Source of the DNA: Syntrophales bacterium
GTDB taxonomy: Bacteria; Desulfobacterota; Syntrophia; Syntrophales; UBA2210
Length of the DNA: 64,000 bases
Direction: 5' to 3'
Assembly: GCA_963666365.2 (NCBI GenBank)
Contig: CAXXNF010000002.1
Span: forward strand, 1,216,001 to 1,280,000
The notes beneath the pieces are model-generated. The model saw only the letters and a program-made list of their open reading frames with translations, had not been told where the DNA came from and did not search any database. Made by a program: the position numbers and the translations under genes. Below are positions 1-8,276 of the stretch, in pieces (position 1 is the stretch's first letter; every line of letters starts with the position of its first letter).

Positions 1-389
1 TCTTGAACCACTGCTGGAGCAGGAGGCATTTCATAAGTATTATGGGATGATAGGCGTCATTTCCGGCAGCGCTTTTTCCAACGGGATAGTAGTGCATGAT
101 CAACGAGCCAATGCGGGACCAATCCACGATGTTGTTGATCTGTTCCATTCTGGCGATAGCCCGGTTCTTTTCGATGAAAGACAAAAGCGAGAGATCAGTA
201 AAGGTAAGATTGGAATCCATTTTCTTGAAGCCCATAGTTCCTCCTGCGCGGCATTGTAATGCGGGAACTATGGCATAAAAATGGTTAATAGTAAAGTAAT
301 ATTAATTGGATAGCTTTGAATAATATGGTTTTTCAGGGAGATTTTCTTGCTTCAAACTGGAAACAATGAGGGGTTTGTGCAAAGCTCTC
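1..389 (-). mobile_element. Partial second copy of the IS5-family element (transposase 5' part 235..1, runs off the window; terminal IR ends at 389)
   Basis: 1..389 nearly matches 1623..2011 with scattered substitutions and ends in the same TTGTGCAAAGCTCTC terminus. Confidence 0.92.
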
Positions 390-391
390 TC

Positions 392-481
392 TACGTCATG
401 GATCGAGGCTATCTGGATTTTTTTCGTCTCTACAAAATCCACCGCGCATCGGTATTTTTTGTCACACGGGCAAAGAGTAAT
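392..481 (+). pseudogene. Internal fragment of an IS4-family transposase
   Basis: Manual translation gives YVMDRGYLDFFRLYKIHRASVFFVTRAKSN, the DRGY...FVTRAK segment typical of IS4-family DDE transposases. Confidence 0.75.
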
Positions 482-541
482 TCCGGGGACAGGTAATTCC
501 GGGGACAGGTAATTCCGGGGACAGAGTAATTCCGGGCACAG
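477..541. repeat. Four tandem copies of the 16-bp unit GTAATTCCGGGGACAG (REP arm)
   Basis: Units at 477, 493, 509 and 526 (last has one mismatch and follows a 1-nt insert). Confidence 0.9.
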
Positions 542-597
542 TATACTTAATTCAAAAAAAGGATATCATCTCATATACGCACCGAATTAAGTATACT

Positions 598-2011
598 GAG
601 ACCTTTGAATAATGATCAATTTCTTCAAATTCGGTCTTTCGGACCATTTTTTTGAAGGAAAAAGTTTTGGGTTAGAACAACCGTTCTAGCCGTACCTGAT
701 ATTTTGTTATGATGAGTTCATCTTGCCTCCAACAACTGTCAATTTTGGGTCAGCTAACGCTCCCCCGTGGACATATGAGTATAATAGCACCCCCTTTCTT
801 ATGCCGGTACCACCCTTGTCCCCCTCAGGAGATTGAAGGCCATTTGCCTGAAGAGGACATCAATGGCATTCTTGATCAGCCTGGGGAACCTGGCCCGGAA
901 GGCATTGTGGTGAAGATGGGAAAGACCAAAATATTGTTCTACTATATAGCGTTTTTTCGATATTTGTTTATTTCGTTCTATTTCATAGTCCGTCAGCTTT
1001 GCCGTGGTCGTGTCCTTTCTCATGATGCCGTCTGCAATCTTGTTCATACTGAGAAAGGCCCTGTTCGGCTCGCCGAAGTACCCTTTATCGGCATACACCT
1101 TTTTGATAGGCTCTTCGGTATGACAACTGCCGGCGACGCAGAGCGGAAGATAGGGGCTGTCGTTATGGGATGCCGGCGTTATTTCGGTGGCAAGGACAAA
1201 TCCGTGGTGTATGTCGACAGAGGCATGCTCTTTGAGACCAAAGTGGGGGACATCGTTTTTCACCGTCCAGTCGGAGTCAAGATCGCGAGAATATTTAAGC
1301 GGTTTTCCCATTTTGTCCACTTTACCCTCGGGAGTGTTTCGTTTATGTTTTTCTTCTTTGAGCTTTTCCGTGCTGAGGGGATGACTGGCGGATTTCACCA
1401 GGCGGGCGTCAATGGCGATGCCTTCATTTATGGTTAACCCCTTGGCATCAAATTGAGAGAGGAGTTCATGATTGATTGCACGCATGGTTTCTTTGGACAA
1501 TCTTCCTCTGAACCGGGAGAAGGTGGAGTGATCGGGCGCGGGATCATCGAAAGAGAGCCCCAGGAACTTTTTGAAGGAGATACGATCATTGATCTGAGTT
1601 TCCAGTTCGGGATCGGAATCGATCTTGAACCACTGCTGGAGCAGGAGACATTTCATAAGAATTATTGGATGATAGGCGTTATTTCCGGCAGCGCTTTTTC
1701 CAACGGGATAGTAGTGCATGATCAACGAGTCAATGCGGGACCAATCCACGATGTTGTTGATCTGTTCCATTCTGGCGATAGCCCGGTTCTTTTCGATGGA
1801 AGACAAAAGCGAGAGATCAGTAAAGGTAAGATTGGAATCCATTTTCTTGAAGCCCATAGTTCCTCCTGCGCGGCATTGTGATGCGGGAACTATGGCATAA
1901 AAATGGTTAATAGTAAAGTAATATTAATTGGATAGCTTTGAATAATATGGTTTTTCAGGGAGATTATCTTACTTCAAACTGGAAACAATGAAGGGTTTGT
2001 GCAAAGCTCTC
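598..2011 (-). mobile_element. Complete IS5-family insertion sequence (1414 bp)
   Basis: Imperfect terminal IRs GAGACCTTTGAATAA / TTGTGCAAAGCTCTC; 5-bp target duplication ATACT at 593-597 and 2012-2016; single transposase inside. Confidence 0.93.
799..1857 (-). CDS. IS5-family DDE transposase
   Basis: 352 aa; PDHSTFSRFR, IAIDARLV, FGLKEH, VYADKGY and RYIVEQYFG motifs. Confidence 0.95.
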   Translation of the reverse strand: MGFKKMDSNLTFTDLSLLSSIEKNRAIARMEQINNIVDWSRIDSLIMHYYPVGKSAAGNNAYHPIILMKCLLLQQWFKIDSDPELETQINDRISFKKFLGLSFDDPAPDHSTFSRFRGRLSKETMRAINHELLSQFDAKGLTINEGIAIDARLVKSASHPLSTEKLKEEKHKRNTPEGKVDKMGKPLKYSRDLDSDWTVKNDVPHFGLKEHASVDIHHGFVLATEITPASHNDSPYLPLCVAGSCHTEEPIKKVYADKGYFGEPNRAFLSMNKIADGIMRKDTTTAKLTDYEIERNKQISKKRYIVEQYFGLSHLHHNAFRARFPRLIKNAIDVLFRQMAFNLLRGTRVVPA

Positions 2012-2032
2012 ATACTGTCCCCGGAATTGATC

Positions 2033-2870
2033 CCGCTCGCTCCTTCCCCGTGCCTCCGGAGAATAGGCGGGGATCATCTCGATCCCCATCTGCTTCATGG
2101 CACGCCCAAACTGCGTAAGCTGTCCTTTACTGACCGCTCCCCCGGCTTTAGGGGTGTACCAGTAGTGACTGCCACGATCTGTGTAAATTGAGCTAAACAA
2201 GCCCTTTTGAAGAATCACATCTCGTACGCCCTGAAAGCTGCTGGTGGTGCCTTCCTCCTGGACAAAGAACATGCTGTAGTGCTCATTGGTCGCATCATCC
2301 ATTGTCACGATCAGATCCCACTTCTTCCCCGGCACCCACTCATGGGCGCTACCGTCCTGATGAACAATCATCCCTGTCAACGGCGAGGGATCACGACGTT
2401 TCCGATGGGAGCCTTTCCTGGCCGTCTTCAAAACTAATCCCCTCGACTGAAGCGTGTTCTTCACCCAGGTGTAACTTCGCTGTCCTCCATCACGCCGATA
2501 CCATGAATAAAAATGTTTCACATTCCAGCCTCGGTAATGACCTTCATACTGCCGGGAAAGCGCCATGACTTCATCCACGGGAGCTCGACGTGATGACGCC
2601 TGCGTCATCCGCTTGTCTAATAAGCCATCTAAACCCCTCTCCTCGTAACGATCAACGTAGCGCCGGAATGTCCGGTCGCATACTCCCAATATCCGCGCCG
2701 CTTCCTCTTGGGTTAATCGACCTTCTGTCCATACACCATACGCCTCTTCAAATCGCATCTTCCGGATCTCCTGTAGTATCTCCGTCCGTCTCATTCGCCA
2801 CCTCCCGGTGACGCATTCTAACCGGACAGATTATGTGCTACAACTCCGGACATATTACTTGCTCCTAACA
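2033..2870 (-). mobile_element. Truncated ISNCY/IS1202-like (IS481-related) element; transposase starts at 2794 and is cut right after PEARGRSER
   Basis: N-terminal HTH plus HQDGS, DDAT, YTDRGSHY and AYSPEARGRSER motifs; end begins TGT at 2870 with two repeated CCGGACA..TTA..TGCT sites; the ORF tail to 1964 is read-through into REP/IS5 sequence. Confidence 0.85.
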
Positions 2871-2885
2871 CCTGCTCCTTGTAAC

Positions 2886-2914
2886 TTGACACGCTACCGT
2901 GTGACTGTTATCAT
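2886..2914 (+). promoter_or_regulatory. Sigma-70-type promoter of the TA operon
   Basis: TTGACA-17 bp-TATCAT. Confidence 0.65.
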
Positions 2915-2950
2915 ATCGGCCAATTGTGTAATCACTTTCAGGAGACATCC

Positions 2951-3199
2951 ATGGTAAGGACACAGATACAATTGCATGAAAAACAGGTGGCTATGCTGAA
3001 AAAAATGGCAGCAGCAGACAATACATCGATGGCTGAAATTATCAGACAGTCGATTGATTTTTATGCCAGGACTAAATCTGAGGTAATCGATGAGCAGCGT
3101 CGCAGCCGGGCAATGGCCGCCGCCGGTCAATTTGGATCCGGTGTGAAAAATTTGTCAACCTCGCACGATATGTACCTCACAGAGGCGTACGACGAATGA
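2951..3199 (+). CDS. vapB: Ribbon-helix-helix (CopG-like) antitoxin
   Basis: MVRTQIQL...SMAEIIRQSID RHH pattern; AGGAG before ATG 2951; ATGA overlap with the PIN gene. Confidence 0.85.
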   Translation: MVRTQIQLHEKQVAMLKKMAAADNTSMAEIIRQSIDFYARTKSEVIDEQRRSRAMAAAGQFGSGVKNLSTSHDMYLTEAYDE

Positions 3200-3594
3200 G
3201 CGTTTTTATAGATACGTCGGGATTGCTCGCAGTTCTGGACAGAGATGATGAAAATCATGCGGCGGCGGCAGAAGCATGGCAGCATATTTTAACATCTGGT
3301 GAAACCCTTGTGATCACCAATTATATTCTCATAGAAACCTGCGCTCTTGTGCAGAACCGTTTGGGCATGGCAGCGGTAAACGTCCTTCAGGAAGATATTG
3401 TTCCCGTACTCAGGATTGAATGGATTGACAGTACGGTACATCATGCGTCAATGGGAATAATACTTTCTGCGATGAGGAAGAAATTGAGCCTTGTTGATTG
3501 CGTCAGTTTTGAAACGATGAGACTTGGGGAAATTACCACTGCCTTCACATTCGATCGACATTTCAAAGAACAGGGGTTTGTTTGCCTGCCCTGA
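3196..3594 (+). CDS. vapC: PIN-domain (VapC-like) ribonuclease toxin
   Basis: VFIDTSG, ILIET, SLVDCVSF and TFDRHF acidic PIN motifs. Confidence 0.92.
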   Translation: MSVFIDTSGLLAVLDRDDENHAAAAEAWQHILTSGETLVITNYILIETCALVQNRLGMAAVNVLQEDIVPVLRIEWIDSTVHHASMGIILSAMRKKLSLVDCVSFETMRLGEITTAFTFDRHFKEQGFVCLP

Positions 3595-3699
3595 TCATCT
3601 GCAAAACACCTTTTCTTTGTACAGCGTGTGACGTTTCTGCTATAGCATTGGGAATCTCAGAATCCGGGTCACATCGGTAAGTAATTCCGGACTGTTTTC

Positions 3700-5823
3700 A
3701 TGAAGGGGAGGTTTATTTTGTCATTTCTTGAAAACCATTTTGACAGCAAATTTGCATGGCGTATTCCTGACGAAAGAAAATATCTCTTTGTTATCCTCAG
3801 CCTTCTCATTTTCCTCTTGATAATCTACTGGTACAGCTTTCAAGGAACGTGGATATTGGATGACATGCCCAATATCGTCGAGAATCCTCATGTGCAAATC
3901 AAAACACTCGATTGGGATTCGATACAGGGAACCTTCAGGGGAATCGATGGCAGAAATATAAACCGGCCTTTCGCCTATCTGACGTTTGCATTGAACCATC
4001 TATTTCACAGGCTTGATGTCTTTGGGTATCATATCGTCAACTTTTTCATCCATTTTGCTACGTCCTTCTTTCTTTTTTGTTTCATTTACAGGATGCTGCG
4101 GCTCCCCCTGTTGGAACAGCACTTCGACGAGGGGAAGGCATACGCGGTAGCGTTGCTTTCTATGTTTTTCTGGGCCGTCAACCCAATGCAGGTAACGGCT
4201 GTGACCTATATCGTGCAGCGCATGTCGAGCATGGCGGGACTCTTCTATATCCTGTCGATGTATTTCTACCTGCGGGGACGTACGTCAAGTGAACTTAGAA
4301 ACAAGGTGGCATTATTCGTTCTCTGCGTTCTCTCTGGCATTCTCGCCCTTGCCAGCAAAGAAAATGCCGTGCTCATTCCCTTTTCTATTCTCTTGTTTGA
4401 CCTATTGCTGATTCAGGGCGTAACACGCGAAAGCATTACGCGGACAGCGAAATGGCTTGTCATTCCGGTAGTGCTTTTTATATGTACCATCCTGCTTTTC
4501 GCCATAGATCTTTCGTCGTTACTCAAAGGTTTTGAGGGCAGGCCCTTTACTCTTACTGAACGGCTGATGACAGAACCACGGGTGATACTTTTTTACATCA
4601 CGCTTCTTCTTTACCCATTAAGTTCTCGTCTTATGCTTCTGCATGATGTGGAACTATCGACGTCCCTTCTTGCACCATGGACGACAATTCCATCGATACT
4701 AATAATTGCGGGGGTTATTTTCTATGCAATTTACATCGCTCGAAAGAATCCGCTAATCTCCTTCTGTATTCTTTTCTTTTTTCTCAATCATGCTGTTGAA
4801 GGATCTTTCCTTCCTCTTGAACTTGTCTTTGAACATCGCAATTATATTCCGTCATTCTTCTTTTTCATTCCGATTGCACTCCTCTACTTTGCATGCCTTA
4901 ATTTATTCAAAGCACATAAAAGGATGTATCTATTGATATTCATAACCTTCACATTCATAGTTGCGGCAATAGCACATACGACATATATAAGAAACGAGAT
5001 TTTTATGAGTCCTGTAACTTTCTGGGAAGATAATGTGCGAAAAACTCCGAAGCTTGCAAGAGCCTTGACCCATCTTGGAAAAAGTTATGCTATGGCAGGT
5101 TTGTCAGATAAGGCGGAAGCGGCATTTATGGAAGCCTATTCGAGAGAGGGGCATTTAAACTTTTTCAATCATTTTGACACTCGGCACAATCTCGCCGTCC
5201 TTAATTTATACAGACACAAAAATTACACCAAAGCAGCCGAATTGTATCGCAAGGCTCTTGCGATTTATGACAGCCATCCACCGGCATGGAAGGGTTTAGC
5301 TCTCGCCCTGCTGGGAATGGGGTCGTTGAAAGAATCAGAAGATGTTTTAAGGAGCGCCCTTGAACGATGGCCACAAAATGCTGAATTGCACAGCACGCTC
5401 GGTCTAGTGTTTCTCAAAACGGGAAAATATGAAAACGCCATAGCGGAAAGCCTGGAGGCTCTTCGAATCGACCTGAATGAAGTGAATGCGTATAAAGTTC
5501 TAGGGGCCGCGTACATGCACACAAAAGATTACGGAAAGGCACAGTCTAGCATGGAAAAATACGTATCCTCCTACTTCAAATCTACCGATCTGGAGGCTAA
5601 TCTGGCGCTTGTAGAAATTTACCACGCACTTGGCCGAAACGCTGATTTGGATTATACTGTTGGAAAGTTGATGTTTTTAAAGAAAACAAAAGACTGGCAT
5701 GATTTGCTTGAAACATATGTAAATAATTCACACACAAAAGCTTATGTGCCGGATCCGTCTCATATGAAAAAGATTTTTAATTCTTCCTTACAAAGACAGG
5801 AGAAACATCTAATTTTCCATTAA
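3700..5823 (+). CDS. Multi-pass membrane GT-C glycosyltransferase with C-terminal TPRs (TMTC-like)
   Basis: LDD..I..NP, RP, YH..N...H, AVTYIVQR, SKENA and EHRNYIP motifs; many TM segments; TPR helices in the last ~270 aa. Confidence 0.85.
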   Translation: MKGRFILSFLENHFDSKFAWRIPDERKYLFVILSLLIFLLIIYWYSFQGTWILDDMPNIVENPHVQIKTLDWDSIQGTFRGIDGRNINRPFAYLTFALNHLFHRLDVFGYHIVNFFIHFATSFFLFCFIYRMLRLPLLEQHFDEGKAYAVALLSMFFWAVNPMQVTAVTYIVQRMSSMAGLFYILSMYFYLRGRTSSELRNKVALFVLCVLSGILALASKENAVLIPFSILLFDLLLIQGVTRESITRTAKWLVIPVVLFICTILLFAIDLSSLLKGFEGRPFTLTERLMTEPRVILFYITLLLYPLSSRLMLLHDVELSTSLLAPWTTIPSILIIAGVIFYAIYIARKNPLISFCILFFFLNHAVEGSFLPLELVFEHRNYIPSFFFFIPIALLYFACLNLFKAHKRMYLLIFITFTFIVAAIAHTTYIRNEIFMSPVTFWEDNVRKTPKLARALTHLGKSYAMAGLSDKAEAAFMEAYSREGHLNFFNHFDTRHNLAVLNLYRHKNYTKAAELYRKALAIYDSHPPAWKGLALALLGMGSLKESEDVLRSALERWPQNAELHSTLGLVFLKTGKYENAIAESLEALRIDLNEVNAYKVLGAAYMHTKDYGKAQSSMEKYVSSYFKSTDLEANLALVEIYHALGRNADLDYTVGKLMFLKKTKDWHDLLETYVNNSHTKAYVPDPSHMKKIFNSSLQRQEKHLIFH

Positions 5824-5860
5824 ATTGCCTTTGCAAAGATCATGTAAACACGCATAGCCT

Positions 5861-5904
5861 TAAACGAAGAGGGAGCTTTTCTGCAAAAGCTCCCTCTTCG
5901 TTTA
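5861..5904. terminator. Bidirectional hairpin terminator between convergent genes
   Basis: Perfect 20-bp stem TAAACGAAGAGGGAGCTTTT / AAAAGCTCCCTCTTCGTTTA with a 4-nt loop. Confidence 0.85.
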
Positions 5905-5918
5905 GCTGTAATCAATTT

Positions 5919-6314
5919 TTATGATGGGGGTGTCCAAGTTCCTGTGGCGGTATATTCTCCATCACCTCCGCGACTTTTTACTTCGATTGCAACATTTGTA
6001 GATGATGCTGTACATTCTGATACCCAGTTGTCAGGAGCTGATCCAAGTGTAAATTCAGTCCCTGACGTCCAACCTGCAGCTGTCACTACCTCAGCGGGTG
6101 TTGCATCATCATTTCCGCTCAGCAATTCCTTTGCCCATGCCGTCTGCAATGTCCCTTTTATCTCAGCAATCTGGCCCATTGCAGCCTTTGCCTTCGCATC
6201 GGCCTGGAGGTCCAGATACTTCGGCACCGCCACTGCCGCCAAAATACCCAGGATGACAAGGACCGCGATGATTTCGATCAGTGTAAAACCTTTTTCTTGA
6301 TTACGTTTTTTCAT
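5919..6314 (-). CDS. pilA: Type IV major pilin (MshA/PilA-like)
   Basis: Class III signal peptide MKKRNQEKG|FTLIE followed by the hydrophobic helix; strong RBS; own sigma-54 promoter. Confidence 0.92.
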   Translation of the reverse strand: MKKRNQEKGFTLIEIIAVLVILGILAAVAVPKYLDLQADAKAKAAMGQIAEIKGTLQTAWAKELLSGNDDATPAEVVTAAGWTSGTEFTLGSAPDNWVSECTASSTNVAIEVKSRGGDGEYTATGTWTPPS

Positions 6315-6447
6315 TTTTCTACTCCTCCGTTTTATTTTTATAGCGTACTTTGTTTTTTAGGGTGGGAACAGCTCTTGTTCCGCAATTTGTTGTGTGCCGG
6401 TTCCTTCACCTCCTTGGGGATTTTTTATTTATTCCTGATCATTTTTA

Positions 6448-6464
6448 TTGCATATTTGGTGCCA
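6448..6464 (-). promoter_or_regulatory. Sigma-54 -24/-12 promoter of the pilin gene
   Basis: Minus strand reads TGGCACCAAATATGCAA (GG-N10-GC). Confidence 0.85.
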
Positions 6465-6583
6465 CTATGAATGTTTTATTCTTTATTGGCGTCTGATAAT
6501 CGATATATCGTCGTATCTTTTCGATATTTTGTTGTAATTGCTTTGTTTTTCAATGCATTATCTCCCCCTCTATTTCATCCCCT

Positions 6584-6731
6584 GAGACCTTTGCACAATC
6601 TCACAAAATCATCAATTTCGTCATACCGGCAGGTCCTGGATCAAGTCCGGGAGGTATCCAGTTTTTTCACGTACTTTCTGGATTCCGGGTCAAGCCCGGA
6701 ATGACAGAAAAGGGAATTATGCAAAGGTCTC
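6584..6731 (+). mobile_element. MITE copy 1 (IS5-type ends)
   Basis: GAGACCTTTGCA...TGCAAAGGTCTC; target duplication CCCCT/CCCCT. Confidence 0.92.
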
Positions 6732-6798
6732 CCCCTACCACCGGGAGAGGAAATTTTTCATCAGGCGCAAGGGGCGCCTGCAGTGCGTTGGCGTTTTT

Positions 6799-8179
6799 CT
6801 ACATATTTTGTTGTTTTTTTATTGTCTGTACATCAATTTGGTATTTTTTTGTCCGGTGCCAGAGGCTTCTCTGGTTGATGCCGAGGAGCTGTGCCGCCCT
6901 TGATTGTATGCCTCCGGTCTTTTCAAGCGCCTCTAAGATAATTCTTTTTTCAAAATCTGCAAGGAGCTCATCGAGGCTCCTGCCCTCACGTTCCGGAAGA
7001 GCTTCGTCCACGTGGGACATCGACATGTCGTGCGCCTGTTCAAGGCTGTGCGCAAGCCCGACTGTTTCGATACGCCCGTCTTCCGCCATGACGGCGGCCC
7101 TCGAAAGGATGTTTTCCAATTCGCGGACATTGCCCGGCCATTGGTAGGTCATGAGCTCCCTCATCGCCCGGGGTGTCAATGTAGATTCGGCGGATGTCTT
7201 TTTTTATAAAATGATCGGCCAGGAAAGGAATATCTTCTACCCGCTCTCTCAATGGCGGCACGATAATGGAAAACACATTTAAACGGTAAAAAAGATCTTC
7301 CCGGAATGTTCCTTCCGCCACCATGCGTTGCAGGTCCTTATTTGACGCGGCGATGAAGCGGACATTTACGTTAATCGTCTGATTCCCGCCCACACGCTGA
7401 AATTCCCGGTTCTGCAACACACGAAGGAGCTTTGCCTGCGTTTCCAGCGGCATGTCGCCGATTTCGTCAAGAAACAACGTACCTTCATGGGCCAGTTCGA
7501 ACTTGCCCGGTTTTCGCGCCGTTGCCCCGGTAAAGGCGCCTTTTTCATGACCGAAGAGTTCGCTCTCCAGAAGGCCTGAAGGAATAGCCACACAGTTGAG
7601 TTTTATGAAGGGTTTACCTCTTCTTCCGCTCTCCTGATAGAGTGCGTCCGCCACAAGTTCTTTGCCGACGCCGCTTTCGCCGAGAATAAGCACCGTCGTA
7701 TCGGTGGGCGCCACTTTCACGATCTGGCTAAGAACGTTCCGCAGTGCCCGGCTTTGACCGATTATAGTCGGAAATCGTTCATGGGCGTCGACTTTGCTGA
7801 TAAGATTGGTCACTTCCCGAAACACATAGTCGAAGTGGCCGATATCGTCCTGTTTCCGAAGTGCCGTTTCCGCTTCCGGAGGCGCCTTGGGGAAGGCGGG
7901 GGATGCTTCCGCCGCTTTGATGAACCTGCGAATCGGTCGTAATATAATAACGGTAATAATCACGGAGAAGAAGGCGGTTATACCCGCTACTATGGCCCCC
8001 AGGAGCATGAGCTGGGTCATTGACGCCCTGCCCGTATAGTGGGCAATGATGAAGATCAGGACGGCAAGCCCGGTGAATATGAAGGGAACCAGGACAAGCA
8101 GGCTGACGTGATAGGGAGACGGTCCCGTGAGACGTTTTTTTATATATTGAATTGTGCTGCGAATGGTACTCACCCTCAC
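6799..8179 (-). pseudogene. Membrane-anchored sigma-54-dependent activator (2 TM + HAMP-like + AAA+ + Fis HTH), frameshifted in the A7 tract at 7199-7205
   Basis: ORF 8179..7040 has GESGVGKE, GAFTGA, FLDEIGD and DLFYRLNV; ORF 7179..6799 has WPGNVRELEN and the HTH; removing one A joins them. Confidence 0.88.
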
Positions 8180-8245
8180 CCCAACCCTCTCCCATCAAGG
8201 GAGAGGGAGATCCGTTTTGGTGCCCTCTCCCATCAAGGGAGGGGG
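8173..8245. repeat. REP-like palindromes CCCTCTCCCATCAAGGGAGAGGG (2 copies)
   Basis: Hairpins ending at 8207 and 8245; related units at 9531-9656, 9880-9920 and 11705-11744. Confidence 0.8.
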
Positions 8246-8276
8246 TTTTCTTTCTGCGCTCTTACCCCCGGGAATT

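Larger units (their letters stand above)
528..2028. repeat. REP doublet (REPIN-like) whose right arm is interrupted by the IS5 element
   Basis: Left arm AATTCCGGGCACAGTATACTTAATTC at 528-553; right arm GAATTAAGTATACT (584-597) plus GTCCCCGGAATT (2017-2028). Confidence 0.85.

Noticed and set aside
477..541. Tandem 16-bp repeats as a CRISPR array
   Set aside because: No spacers between units, units too short, and no cas genes in the window.
709..1881. Plus-strand ORFs 709-1437 and 1453-1881 (and 47-259)
   Set aside because: Antisense shadows of the IS5 transposase with no recognisable motifs.
1964..2032. C-terminal DQFRGQYES...FEVR of the ISNCY ORF as real protein
   Set aside because: Read-through into the REP arm and IS5 end after truncation.
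5919..6287. Pilin as an electrically conductive (e-pilus) type
   Set aside because: Only 8 aromatic residues in the 122-aa mature pilin by my count, with long aromatic-free gaps; not the short aromatic-dense type.
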